Below the pieces are notes generated by a model. It saw only the letters and a list, made by a program, of their open reading frames with translations. It was not told where the DNA came from and did not search any database. A stretch of DNA of 64,000 nt from Candidatus Falkowbacteria bacterium (GTDB taxonomy: Bacteria > Patescibacteriota > Patescibacteriia > CAIXNZ01): positions 192,771-256,770 of the forward strand of contig CAVZGV010000003.1 of the NCBI GenBank assembly GCA_963774955.1, in the 5' to 3' direction. The translations under genes were made by a program, and so were the position numbers. Of the stretch, positions 54,125 through 63,662 are shown in pieces (the first letter of the stretch is position 1; each line of letters begins with the position of its first letter).

Positions 54125-54952
54125 TTATTTTTTCTTGACCTCGAACATACTGACGTATTCTTCGCTGTCATCCTTGGTCTCGCCCATTGCCTCCTGGGCA
54201 GCGGCACGCAGATCAAGAATGTGATCCATCAGCGTATCCCAGGTTTCATTGCGTTGTTCCTGCAGGCTGATGAAATTAGTAATGCGTTGAGCCAGCTCCG
54301 GAGTGACTTCTTCAATCACGTGCATGAGGGACTCAAGCATTTCATGATAGCTGAGATCTTTGCTGATGACTCGTTTGGCCATCCTTGCGAAATACTCTTC
54401 GGGCATTTCTGCCTGAGTATCTTCGTCGTCGCCCAAATCGTCATCGTCGTCGTCCGCAAGCATTTCCGGACCCTGGTCATCATCGTCATCAATGACTTCC
54501 AGGCCGATGAAGGGGAAACAGAGGTAGAAAAACGTGTTGTCGTTTTCCGCCAGAGTTTCCAAGATTTCTTTCTGCCGTTCCTGATTATCCGTGGTCAGGA
54601 TCATCAAGGCCAGGAGATTGAGGGCATTGGACTGAATCTGCACGATGTTATCGTTCAGCAAGTTTTCCCAGTCCATCGGATCCATGACCAACATGGCTGC
54701 CAGTCTTTTGGGATCGGCCAGCCAGGCGGAAATCGCAGGCACCGTGACGTCATGACCTCTGAGGATCTGACCGAGTTCAATCGGATTCAGACCTTCAAGG
54801 ACTTGAATCGCCGACTGATCGCCTTCGACATGGGCAATGGCTGCCAGCGCTGAGTCAGCCTTTTGACCGGAAGTACCGGCCAGCTCTTTGACAGCCAGCG
54901 TTCTTTCCGGCAGCGGCATTTTTACCAGTTCGTCATTCTTCAGCATATTCAT
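54125..54952 (-). CDS. Highly acidic hypothetical protein (275 aa; poly-Asp stretch DDDDDQGPEMLADDDDDDLGDDED)
   Basis: ORF in the operon. Acidic low-complexity centre. Confidence 0.5.
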   Translation of the reverse strand: MNMLKNDELVKMPLPERTLAVKELAGTSGQKADSALAAIAHVEGDQSAIQVLEGLNPIELGQILRGHDVTVPAISAWLADPKRLAAMLVMDPMDWENLLNDNIVQIQSNALNLLALMILTTDNQERQKEILETLAENDNTFFYLCFPFIGLEVIDDDDDQGPEMLADDDDDDLGDDEDTQAEMPEEYFARMAKRVISKDLSYHEMLESLMHVIEEVTPELAQRITNFISLQEQRNETWDTLMDHILDLRAAAQEAMGETKDDSEEYVSMFEVKKK

Positions 54953-55433
54953 CTTCGTTTTCTTCTCCCTTCATTAATTCGTCAACCGAGGTGACGGTTT
55001 CGTCTGTGTTTTTGGAAACTGCCAGGCGTTCAAAAGCGGAGCCATCAGCTCTGACTACTTTGTCAGCCTGACCGAGTAAGAAGGCGACGACCACAGCTTT
55101 TTGGGCCAGGTCATCGTTAAAGTCTCTGATTTCCTGAACAAAGCCGAGTGCCGGCTTTTTGATTTTAATATCGTCCCAGCCCGGCAGTTCGCCGTCGCAG
55201 AGACAAAGTAGGCAGCTTTTTTCATCTGCAAATTTGACCATGCCAAAGAGGGCCAGGGCCAAATAGTAATTCGTTTCCTCCATAATTTCACCGACTTTTC
55301 CGGTTAAATTTTGGAGAAAACTTTGGCACGTTTTCCGAAGACTACTTGGGTCGTCGGGATCGTTATAGCTGTCGAATACTTCGACTGCTTCCTGAAATAT
55401 GTCCTCCAAATCGACCGGAATACGAATTTCCAT
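54933..55433 (-). CDS. Hypothetical protein (166 aa)
   Basis: ORF in the operon, overlapping the downstream gene start by about 20 nt. Confidence 0.5.
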   Translation of the reverse strand: MEIRIPVDLEDIFQEAVEVFDSYNDPDDPSSLRKTCQSFLQNLTGKVGEIMEETNYYLALALFGMVKFADEKSCLLCLCDGELPGWDDIKIKKPALGFVQEIRDFNDDLAQKAVVVAFLLGQADKVVRADGSAFERLAVSKNTDETVTSVDELMKGEENEDEYAEE

Positions 55434-55439
55434 TTTTTT

Positions 55440-55739
55440 TCAGCCCCTCCTTGTTTTCAACCCTTGTTTAACCAATGTTTCCCAGAGATCTTGCAAAAAC
55501 GCCAGTGGCTTGTCAGTCACGGCGCTTTTTTTGCCCTGATCATATTCATAGCGAGTCTTGGGGTCAGAAAGCGTGTCATATGCCTTTTGAATGGCCTCGA
55601 ATTTATTTCTGGCCTGCGGATCAGGGTTTTTATCAGGATGGAATTGCGAAACCAACTGCCGATAAGCTTTTTTGATCTCAGGCAGGGAAGCAGTCTTGCG
55701 TACACCCAAAACTTCATATAAATCAAGATTTTTGTCCAT
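55440..55739 (-). CDS. J-domain (DnaJ-like) protein, about 99 aa
   Basis: [35 protein letters not shown] contains the HPD tripeptide. Start set at the ATG preceded by RBS aaaggag (Met23 of the track ORF). Confidence 0.7.
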   Translation of the reverse strand: MDKNLDLYEVLGVRKTASLPEIKKAYRQLVSQFHPDKNPDPQARNKFEAIQKAYDTLSDPKTRYEYDQGKKSAVTDKPLAFLQDLWETLVKQGLKTRRG

Positions 55740-55919
55740 ATTTATGCTCCTTTCAAGGTACATTCTGGATTTTCGAAGCTTAGCAGTATTTTCCCATTTT
55801 GTCAAGCGTTTTTCGGTCCAATAAAGAGAGTTTGAAAAACTGTTTTTTGCTATTAGTTACTTTAGTAGGCTATAATTGATTCTGAAATAAAACAGGCGAG
55901 CTAACTGTATATATTTGAT

Positions 55920-56489
55920 ATGTTACATCCTGAATTAAAGGATGAGCAATTGGTAATAATAATCAGGGAAAAAGATCAGGAGGTTTACAGCGAGTTAATG
56001 CAACGTTATCAGACCAAACTCATCCATTATTTGCGTAAATTCATTAAAAGCCACGATGAACTTGAAGATGTCCTTCAGGAGGTTTTTATTAAGGTTTACC
56101 GTAATATCTTCGACTTTGATGCTACTAAGAAATTTTCTCCCTGGATTTATCGTATTGCTCATAACGAAGCTGTAAATTATTTAAAAAAACATAGCAAGGA
56201 TGGCATCTCACTTGATGATAAAGAATGGGAAATCGTAGATAAAAAAATAGACATCAAAGAGGAGGTGGAAAATAAATTACTTAGACCCAAGATTGAACAG
56301 GGCTTGGTAGCGCTTAAAGATAAATATCGGGAGCCTTTAATATTATATTTTTTTGAACAAAAGACTTATGAAGAGATCAGCGATATTATGCGTTTGCCGG
56401 TCAATACGGTGGGAACTCTGATCTCGCGCGGTAAAATAAAGCTTAAACAATATTTGCAAAAAGAATTGTATGACAAATTCCCAAAATAA
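55920..56489 (+). CDS. ECF-type RNA polymerase sigma factor (sigma-70 regions 2 and 4)
   Basis: Region 2 (LQEVFIKVYRNI...FSPWIYRIAHNEAVNYLKK) and region 4 HTH (TYEEISDIMRLPVNTVGTLISRGKIKLKQYL). Confidence 0.75.
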   Translation: MLHPELKDEQLVIIIREKDQEVYSELMQRYQTKLIHYLRKFIKSHDELEDVLQEVFIKVYRNIFDFDATKKFSPWIYRIAHNEAVNYLKKHSKDGISLDDKEWEIVDKKIDIKEEVENKLLRPKIEQGLVALKDKYREPLILYFFEQKTYEEISDIMRLPVNTVGTLISRGKIKLKQYLQKELYDKFPK

Positions 56490-57249
56490 AATTGAAGCTG
56501 AAATCATGTCCCAGATTGCCAAGGGGCAGCTCAAGCCGCGCTCCAAGTACATTTTTCTGGCTGAAAAATTGGGTTTAGGCAGCGCTTTTATATTAAGTGC
56601 TCTTTTGGCAGTACTATTTTTTAATTTGGTTTTATTTTATTTGAAATCTTCAGACGATCTTGGCTATTTGAGTTTCGGCAGTAAAGGGATTTTTGCCTTT
56701 TTGGAATCTTTCCCTTATTTTTTGATAATCACTTTGATTGTGTTGATTTTTGCCGCCGGATTTATTATTAAAAAAAGTGAAGTTTTTTATCATCATTCTT
56801 TCGGCTTATTAGCCTTGGCCATGGTCGGGTTTGTTTTGATCTTCGGTTTTTTTCTAACCTATACAGATATTGCCGAACAAATCGAGCAAAAAACATATGA
56901 ACAGCATCCTGTGGGTTTTGTTTTCCGTCCTTTTTTAAAACGGGTGCGGATTGAAAGAAACCAGGGGCTTGCCGGGCGTATTATTGAAATAGAAAATCAG
57001 CTGATTGATCTGCAAACCCCGGTAAAAATAGTAATTGTTGATGTAAGCAATTTAGAAGTTGTACCGCTACAGCCGTTAAGGCAAGGTATGTTTATTCTGG
57101 CCATTGGCCATAAAAGGGGAGATAATTTTATGGCTACTGATATTCATATAACAAATGATGACGAAATCCCCCTGATTAGACGTGGGGTACATAGGCTCTT
57201 TGGTCCTTTGCCGCCCCAGCCAGTACCTCTGGAAGAATTCGGAAATTAA
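56470..57249 (+). CDS. Membrane protein downstream of the sigma factor (putative anti-sigma/regulatory partner)
   Basis: Overlaps the sigma gene by 20 nt. Four TM helices plus a C-terminal soluble domain. Confidence 0.4.
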   Translation: MTNSQNKIEAEIMSQIAKGQLKPRSKYIFLAEKLGLGSAFILSALLAVLFFNLVLFYLKSSDDLGYLSFGSKGIFAFLESFPYFLIITLIVLIFAAGFIIKKSEVFYHHSFGLLALAMVGFVLIFGFFLTYTDIAEQIEQKTYEQHPVGFVFRPFLKRVRIERNQGLAGRIIEIENQLIDLQTPVKIVIVDVSNLEVVPLQPLRQGMFILAIGHKRGDNFMATDIHITNDDEIPLIRRGVHRLFGPLPPQPVPLEEFGN

Positions 57250-57419
57250 ATAAGTTTAAATAAAAAAGCCGTTCACGGTTTAGTGGGCGGCTTTTGTAAT
57301 GAAATAATTTTCAGAGTCGGGATGTATAAATAGCAACTAAACCATTTAGCGATTGCCATCAAATGTATCCTTAATCGGTTTAGGCCTTTTAAAAACTTAA
57401 TTCATTAATTAATCCATTT

Positions 57420-57890
57420 ATGAACAAAAAAATTCTTTTAATTGTCCCGGCCATAGCCATTGCGGCTGTTTTGACGGCCGGTATAGTCCAAGCCTATAGC
57501 GGTTTTGGTTTCGGCCATAAAAATATTGATTCCGCCACCGCTGCTCAGAATTTTGAAAATAAATTAAGCCAAGAGGCTGATTTGCTAGGGATTACTGTGG
57601 AAGAGATGAAAACTTTTTGGTCTCAGGGCAAAAGTATAAAAGATATTGCCAATGAAAAAGGGATTACTCAGGATCAGCTAAAAGCCAAAATGCAGGCCCA
57701 GCGAGCGACCGAGCAAAAACAGTGGCTTCAGAATCTGGTTGATCAGGGTAAACTAACCCAGGCTCAGGCTGACTCCAGATTGCAAACGATGCAAACTAAA
57801 GCCGCCTCGATGAAAGATAAGAAAGCTAACCGAAGAGGTTTTAGGTCTATGTTTGATAAAAACAGTAATTTGAATCCGGTTGCCAATTAA
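57420..57890 (+). CDS. Secreted protein with a signal peptide (156 aa)
   Basis: MNKKILLIVPAIAIAAVLTAGIVQA signal. Gln-rich. Confidence 0.45.
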   Translation: MNKKILLIVPAIAIAAVLTAGIVQAYSGFGFGHKNIDSATAAQNFENKLSQEADLLGITVEEMKTFWSQGKSIKDIANEKGITQDQLKAKMQAQRATEQKQWLQNLVDQGKLTQAQADSRLQTMQTKAASMKDKKANRRGFRSMFDKNSNLNPVAN

Positions 57891-58122
57891 TAATTAATAT
57901 ATTGAGTATGTGGTAATTTTAGGCACCCGTTCCTTTTACTTCGTGGGACGGGGTTCTAAAATATGCGCTAGCCGTCAATCCCACCTAATACTTAAAAACC
58001 CCATTTAAGCAGCGGCAAATAGAAAGTGCATGGAAGACTTAAGGGCGGGGTCGAGTAGCCTCGCCCTTTTAGTCTATATTATGGGATTGATGCTTTGGGA
58101 AAAATCCTATATAATTAAAGAA

Positions 58123-58689
58123 ATGATTAAAAATAATGACCTTAATTTAATCAGGCGATATTTAGAGGGCGACCAAAAATCGTTGGAGATTTTAATTAGT
58201 AATAATCTTAAGCTGGTTTACAGTTTTATTTATCATTATGTGGGTAATAGCGCTGACGCGGAAGACATTACTCAGATTGTGTGGGTAAGGGTTTGGAAGA
58301 ATTTAAAAAAGTTTAATCAAGAAAAAAGTTTTAAAACTTGGATATTGAGTATAGCCAAAAACGCCTGCCTGGATTTTTTGAAAAAGAAAAAAGAGCTGCC
58401 TTTTTCGACTTTTGAGAAAGAAGATGGTGCTAATACAATTTTAGACACAATAAAAGATCCTGCCTTACTGCCATCTGAACAATCTGAGCAAACAGCCTTC
58501 TCTTACAGACTCAAAACGGTTATCGATAAACTTTCAGACAAATATGGCCAGGTCTTGCAGCAGCATGTTTATAATCAATTTACCTTTAAGGAAATTGCAG
58601 TCTCATCTGGGGAGTCGCTGAATACAATAAAAAGCCGTTATCGCCGCGCCTTATTGGTTTTACGTAAAATATTAGCTGCCAGGCTCTAA
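58123..58689 (+). CDS. ECF-type RNA polymerase sigma factor, second copy
   Basis: Region 2 (AEDITQIVWVRVWKNLKKF...TWILSIAKNACLDFLKK) and region 4 (FTFKEIAVSSGESLNTIKSRYRRALLVLRKIL). Start set at ATG 58123, downstream of a GC hairpin inside the track ORF. Confidence 0.7.
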   Translation: MIKNNDLNLIRRYLEGDQKSLEILISNNLKLVYSFIYHYVGNSADAEDITQIVWVRVWKNLKKFNQEKSFKTWILSIAKNACLDFLKKKKELPFSTFEKEDGANTILDTIKDPALLPSEQSEQTAFSYRLKTVIDKLSDKYGQVLQQHVYNQFTFKEIAVSSGESLNTIKSRYRRALLVLRKILAARL

Positions 58690-58762
58690 TTTGCCATTAC
58701 TTACAAGAGCTTACTCAGACGGATGCACCAAAAGGCATCTTTTTTTCGTATATATAGTTAGA

Positions 58763-59194
58763 ATGAATAATATGTTAAAAAAATCCCGACAATTTGATTT
58801 AATTGAACCGCCAGCTGAGCTCTTGGGTAAAGTTATGAAAAGCATCTCCGAAGAACGCCGTTTGATTCCGGTTAAACTGCGCATTTTTTTATTATCCGCT
58901 GGATTAATTGGTACAATAATTTCTATTTTCCCAGCCGTTAAAATGCTTAAAACTGGGTTTATAGAATCGGGATTTTTACAGTTTTCCTCGTTGATTTTTT
59001 CTGACGCCGGGATTGTATTGGCTAATTGGCAGAACTATTTTTCTACATTATTGGAGTCTCTGCCGGTAATGAGTCTGATTGTATTTTTGGCTGTCATACT
59101 TTTTGCCCTGGAGTTTTTAAAGCTTTTATCGGGAGATATCAAGGCTATGTATAAAAATTTAAATATTAATCTGAAATTAAATCTATGGACTTAA
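58763..59194 (+). CDS. Membrane protein (putative anti-sigma factor), about 143 aa
   Basis: N-terminal cytoplasmic segment, then 3 TM helices. Immediately downstream of the sigma factor. Confidence 0.4.
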   Translation: MNNMLKKSRQFDLIEPPAELLGKVMKSISEERRLIPVKLRIFLLSAGLIGTIISIFPAVKMLKTGFIESGFLQFSSLIFSDAGIVLANWQNYFSTLLESLPVMSLIVFLAVILFALEFLKLLSGDIKAMYKNLNINLKLNLWT

Positions 59195-59733
59195 ATAAAT
59201 TTTTTCAATCAAATACAGTTAAAGGTGCGATTTTGGGTATTGGCGCGGTTATTATTTTATTATTGGTTTTTAAAACTGGTATGATTGTCGGTACTAAAAA
59301 GGCGGATTTTTCCTGCCGTTGGAGTGATAATTATCATCGAAATTTTGGCGGACCCAGAGGAGGTTTTATGCCTGGCTTGGGTGATCGTGATTTTCTCGAA
59401 GCCAATGGAACTTTCGGGCAGGTGATAAAAATCGAGGGGTCAAATTTAGTTATCAAGGGTAGCAAAGATATTGAAAAAGTAGTTATTGTTGATAACAATA
59501 CTGTGATTAAACTTTTTTCTGACACTATAAAACTAACTGATTTAAAGATTGATGATAATATCGTGGTAATTGGTGAGCCAAATCAGCAAGGCCAGATAGT
59601 GGCAAAATTGATTAGAGTTATGCCTAAACCACAAGCCGGGGCGGCTGGTGCCCAGGGATTACCGCCGTTACCGCCAGGGCAACCTGATAATCAAATTAAA
59701 CCCCAAGATATTACTCCGCAAATACAAAAATAA
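59185..59733 (+). CDS. Secreted/anchored protein (182 aa) with a beta-rich domain shared with the window-edge ORF at 63663
   Basis: N-terminal TM/signal. The central domain resembles the partial ORF at 63663. Pro-rich C-terminus. Confidence 0.45.
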   Translation: MDLNKFFQSNTVKGAILGIGAVIILLLVFKTGMIVGTKKADFSCRWSDNYHRNFGGPRGGFMPGLGDRDFLEANGTFGQVIKIEGSNLVIKGSKDIEKVVIVDNNTVIKLFSDTIKLTDLKIDDNIVVIGEPNQQGQIVAKLIRVMPKPQAGAAGAQGLPPLPPGQPDNQIKPQDITPQIQK

Positions 59734-59756
59734 TTAGTTAATAATATTATATTATT

Positions 59757-61685
59757 ATGATCAGTAAGTTTTTTAAATTTATAGCCAAACATAAAATTAT
59801 TTTTGGTGTAAGCGTGGTTATAATTATAGCCGCAGGATATTTTGGCATAAAGGCAATGTCTGGCAATAAAGCCGAGACAAAATATGTTTTAACTTCCGTT
59901 GAAAAGGGGACTATTATCAGTTCTATTTCCGGTAGCGGTCAGGTTTCGGCTTCCAGCCAAATTGATATAAAACCAAAAGTTTCAGGCGACGTTATTTCTG
60001 TTGATGTTAAAAAGGGGCAAAAAGTAAACGCTGGTGATATAATCGTGAAACTGGATTCAACCGATGCTTACAGAACCTTGCGTGATTCCAGATTAAGTTT
60101 GGAAACTGCCCAGCTGAGTATGGATAAATTAAAGCTGGGAGCTACGGAATCTGCTATTCAGCAGGCTAAAAATTCCTTAACCAATGCTCAGACTTCTTTG
60201 GATAAATTAAAATTATCTCAGGAAACAAATTACCAAAACGCCTTGAATACCCAGCAGAAATCTGAGGATAACATAGAAAAAGCCTATGAAGATGCTTATA
60301 ATTCGATTTCAAGTGCATTTTTGGATTTACCGTCTGTAATAACAGAACTGTATACGGTTTTTTTTAGTACTGATTTAATAGAGAATGAACGGGGACTCGG
60401 TAGCAATATGTCTAATGATATAGTTTTAATAAATACGATTTTAGCCGATGACTGGAAAGAGCGAGGCTTAATCTCTAATTATATTGATGATATTAACAGT
60501 AAATATCAAGCTGCAAAATTAGCTTATGACAACAATTTTGTCTCTTATAAAGCTTCCAGTCGTAATTCATCAAATGCTGATATCGACAAATTATTAACCT
60601 TAACAATTGATACTTCTAAAAAGATATCAGATACAGTCCAAAGTGAAATTAATGTCCTTAAATATTGGGTTGATTATCGTACAACTCATAAATTACCGAT
60701 TTATAATACGATTACACAGTATCAGAATTCCTTGGGCGCAGATACTACGCAAGTGAATAGCATTATTAGCTCATTATTATCAGCACAACGGTCCATTAAA
60801 GATTATATCGAAGCCAGGGATAATGCCGTAACCGATCTTAAATCCATGGAAATTAATAATCCACTTGATTTAGCAGCTGCTCAGGCTACGGTTGCAGAGC
60901 GACAGACTTCTTTAGACGATCTTTTGGCCGGGGCTGATCCTCTGGAAATTAAAACCCAGGAATTATCTTTACAACAGCGGATAAATTCATTGGCGGATGC
61001 TCAAGAAAATCTGGCCAATTATACTGTCAGGGCGCCATTTGATGGTGTGATTGCAGCTATTGATATAAAACCTTGGGATACATTGTCATCCGGATCTGCT
61101 GCGGCAACATTAATAACAGAACAAAAAATGGCGGAGATTTCCTTAAATGAAGTTGATGTGGCTAAGGTCAAGGTCGGGCAAAAGGTAACCTTAACTTTTG
61201 ATGCGGTCAGTGATTTGACAATATCAGGTGAAGTCGCTGATGTTGATATTATCGGCACAGTCAGTCAGGGTGTAGTAACTTATAACGTAAAAATACTTTT
61301 TGATACCCAGGATGAAAGAGTTAGGCCAGGTATGAGTGTTTCTGCAGCTATAATAACCGATATAAAACAAGATGTTTTGACTGTGCCAAATGCCGCTGTT
61401 AAAACAAGCGGCAATATCAGCTATGTTGAAATGCCGGCTGAAAATGTAGCGGCTAATTTGCTCAATAATAATTCAGGTATTACCTTGACTTCTGCCCTGA
61501 AACAGCAATCTATTACTACTGGTATAGCCAATGATTCTTTGACCGAGGTGGTTGACGGTTTGCAGGCAGGCGATCAAGTTGTGAGCAGAACAATTAGTTC
61601 TACAACTTCATCAACAACGACTTCCCAGGGACAGAGCTTGTTTAATATGGGTGGCGGAGGGACTCGTGCTTTCCGTGCGCCATAA
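59757..61685 (+). CDS. HlyD/MacA-family periplasmic adaptor (membrane fusion protein)
   Basis: N-terminal TM anchor, long coiled-coil, lipoyl-like half-motifs (VRAPFDGVIAAIDIKP), beta-barrel region. Confidence 0.7.
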   Translation: MISKFFKFIAKHKIIFGVSVVIIIAAGYFGIKAMSGNKAETKYVLTSVEKGTIISSISGSGQVSASSQIDIKPKVSGDVISVDVKKGQKVNAGDIIVKLDSTDAYRTLRDSRLSLETAQLSMDKLKLGATESAIQQAKNSLTNAQTSLDKLKLSQETNYQNALNTQQKSEDNIEKAYEDAYNSISSAFLDLPSVITELYTVFFSTDLIENERGLGSNMSNDIVLINTILADDWKERGLISNYIDDINSKYQAAKLAYDNNFVSYKASSRNSSNADIDKLLTLTIDTSKKISDTVQSEINVLKYWVDYRTTHKLPIYNTITQYQNSLGADTTQVNSIISSLLSAQRSIKDYIEARDNAVTDLKSMEINNPLDLAAAQATVAERQTSLDDLLAGADPLEIKTQELSLQQRINSLADAQENLANYTVRAPFDGVIAAIDIKPWDTLSSGSAAATLITEQKMAEISLNEVDVAKVKVGQKVTLTFDAVSDLTISGEVADVDIIGTVSQGVVTYNVKILFDTQDERVRPGMSVSAAIITDIKQDVLTVPNAAVKTSGNISYVEMPAENVAANLLNNNSGITLTSALKQQSITTGIANDSLTEVVDGLQAGDQVVSRTISSTTSSTTTSQGQSLFNMGGGGTRAFRAP

Positions 61686-61705
61686 TTAACAGGGAAGATA
61701 TTATT

Positions 61706-62407
61706 ATGATCGAATGTAAAAATATAACTAAAACTTATATCAACGGCGATGTTGAGACTGATGTGCTTAAGGGCATTTCTTTTAGTATTGAGGACGGTGA
61801 ATTTGTGGCTATTATTGGGCCTTCAGGTTCGGGAAAGTCGACTTTAATGCATATTTTGGGAGCTTTAGATACGCCTACCAGCGGGGAGTATTATTTAGAC
61901 GGAAAAAATGTGGCCAAGCTTACAGAAGATGAATTGGCTGAAATTAGGAAAGGTAAAATCGGTTTTGTTTTTCAGTCATTTAATCTATTGCCCCGGGCTA
62001 CTGTTATGCGCAATGTGATCTTGCCGCTAATGTATACTGAAGTAGCCAAAAATGAACGGGAGCAACGGGCCAAAACAGCCTTAACCCATGTCGGGCTTGA
62101 CGAGGAACGTTATTATCATCTTTCCAACCAGCTTTCCGGGGGACAAATGCAACGCGTGGCCATTGCCCGAGCCTTGGTTAATAATCCCTCATTAATTTTG
62201 GCCGATGAACCTACGGGAAATCTGGATACTAAAACCGGTGAAATTGTTTTAAATACTTTTCAGGAACTTAATCAAAAGCAGAATCATACTATAGTTTTAA
62301 TTACTCATGAACAGAATGTGGCTAATCATGCAGATCGAATTATTCTTATTCGGGACGGGTTGCTGATTGATGATAGAAAAAATACAAAACATAAAGTAAA
62401 ACAATAA
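61706..62407 (+). CDS. ABC transporter ATP-binding protein (MacB/LolD-type)
   Basis: Walker [10 protein letters not shown], signature [15 protein letters not shown], Walker [12 protein letters not shown]. Confidence 0.9.
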   Translation: MIECKNITKTYINGDVETDVLKGISFSIEDGEFVAIIGPSGSGKSTLMHILGALDTPTSGEYYLDGKNVAKLTEDELAEIRKGKIGFVFQSFNLLPRATVMRNVILPLMYTEVAKNEREQRAKTALTHVGLDEERYYHLSNQLSGGQMQRVAIARALVNNPSLILADEPTGNLDTKTGEIVLNTFQELNQKQNHTIVLITHEQNVANHADRIILIRDGLLIDDRKNTKHKVKQ

Positions 62408-62410
62408 TTT

Positions 62411-63634
62411 ATGAAAACTAGTGATTTATTTGCGGAAACTTATTCGGCTTTAATATCAAATAAAGCCCGCTCAATTCTTACCATTTTGGGCATTGTTATT
62501 GGCATTGGTTCGGTCATTGCCATGATTGCCATTGGCCAGGGTTCCCAATTGACTATTCAGTCTAATATTCAAAATTTAGGTTCTAATTTAGTTATGGTTC
62601 AGCCTGGTTCTCAGAGGGGAGTCGGCTCTCAAGTCAGCCAAGGCCGCGGTTCAGCGCAGACTTTGACCAGAGAAGATGCAACTGCCATTGCCAATGAAGT
62701 TAGCACTGCCAAAGCTGTTGCTCCGGAACTTTCAGGGCGGTATCAGGTTACAGCCAAAGGGACAAATACTAATACTTCTGTAACCGGAGTTACTGACGCC
62801 TATCCTGCAGTCAGAAATATCGAAATTGATTTGGGAACTTTTATTACTCCCCAAAATTTAACCAGTATGTCTAGGGTTGCGGTTATTGGCCCGACTGTTA
62901 GAGATGATCTTTTCGGCGAAAATTCAGATCCGGTCGGACAATCGATTCGCATCAAGCAGATTGAATTTAAAATAGTCGGGGTGACCAAAACTAAGGGCGG
63001 AACCGGGTTCAGTAATCAGGATGATATCATTTTTGTACCCTTAACTACTGCGCAGCAATTTTTAGCCGGCAGTCAGAGAGTCAGCTCAATTAATGTGCAG
63101 GCTTTTGATTCCAAATCCATGGCTGATTTGCAGCAGGAGATTACTGATTTATTATTAACTCGCCATAATGTTACTGATCCGGCTGCCGCTGATTTTAGCA
63201 TTATGAATCAAGCAGATATTGTGGCAACGGCTTCTTCGGTCGCTAATACTTTTACTATGCTCTTAGCTTCAGTGGCCGCTATTTCTTTGATTGTCGGCGG
63301 CATCGGTATTATGAATATGATGCTGACTAATGTGACTGAACGAACCAGGGAAATAGGTTTACGCAAGGCAATTGGCGCCAAAAAAGAAGAAATCAGCCGT
63401 CAGTTTTTAATTGAAGCGGTAACTTTGACTTTTTTCGGCGGGATCATCGGGATTATTTTGGGTTGGCTGATATCTATGGGCATGCATATTTTTGGCGGTA
63501 TTGCTACGAGTGTATCCTTGTCTTCAATTTTATTGGCTTTTGGTGTCTCCGCGGCCATCGGTATCATTTTTGGGTATTATCCGGCACGTCGGGCTGCCAA
63601 TTTAAATCCAATTGAAGCTTTAAGGTACGAATAA
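62411..63634 (+). CDS. ABC transporter permease, FtsX/MacB-type
   Basis: N-terminal TM, large periplasmic domain, C-terminal 3-TM FtsX-like bundle (GLRKAIGAKKEEI...). Confidence 0.8.
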   Translation: MKTSDLFAETYSALISNKARSILTILGIVIGIGSVIAMIAIGQGSQLTIQSNIQNLGSNLVMVQPGSQRGVGSQVSQGRGSAQTLTREDATAIANEVSTAKAVAPELSGRYQVTAKGTNTNTSVTGVTDAYPAVRNIEIDLGTFITPQNLTSMSRVAVIGPTVRDDLFGENSDPVGQSIRIKQIEFKIVGVTKTKGGTGFSNQDDIIFVPLTTAQQFLAGSQRVSSINVQAFDSKSMADLQQEITDLLLTRHNVTDPAAADFSIMNQADIVATASSVANTFTMLLASVAAISLIVGGIGIMNMMLTNVTERTREIGLRKAIGAKKEEISRQFLIEAVTLTFFGGIIGIILGWLISMGMHIFGGIATSVSLSSILLAFGVSAAIGIIFGYYPARRAANLNPIEALRYE

Positions 63635-63662
63635 ACAATATTAATAAATAATCAATAATATT

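Noticed and set aside
58040-58075. GC-rich hairpin aagggcgggg-tcgagtagc-ctcgccctt inside track ORF 58030
   Set aside because: Lies upstream of the probable true sigma-factor start (58123). Likely a terminator for the upstream 57420 gene or leader structure, not coding. Evidence too thin to annotate separately.
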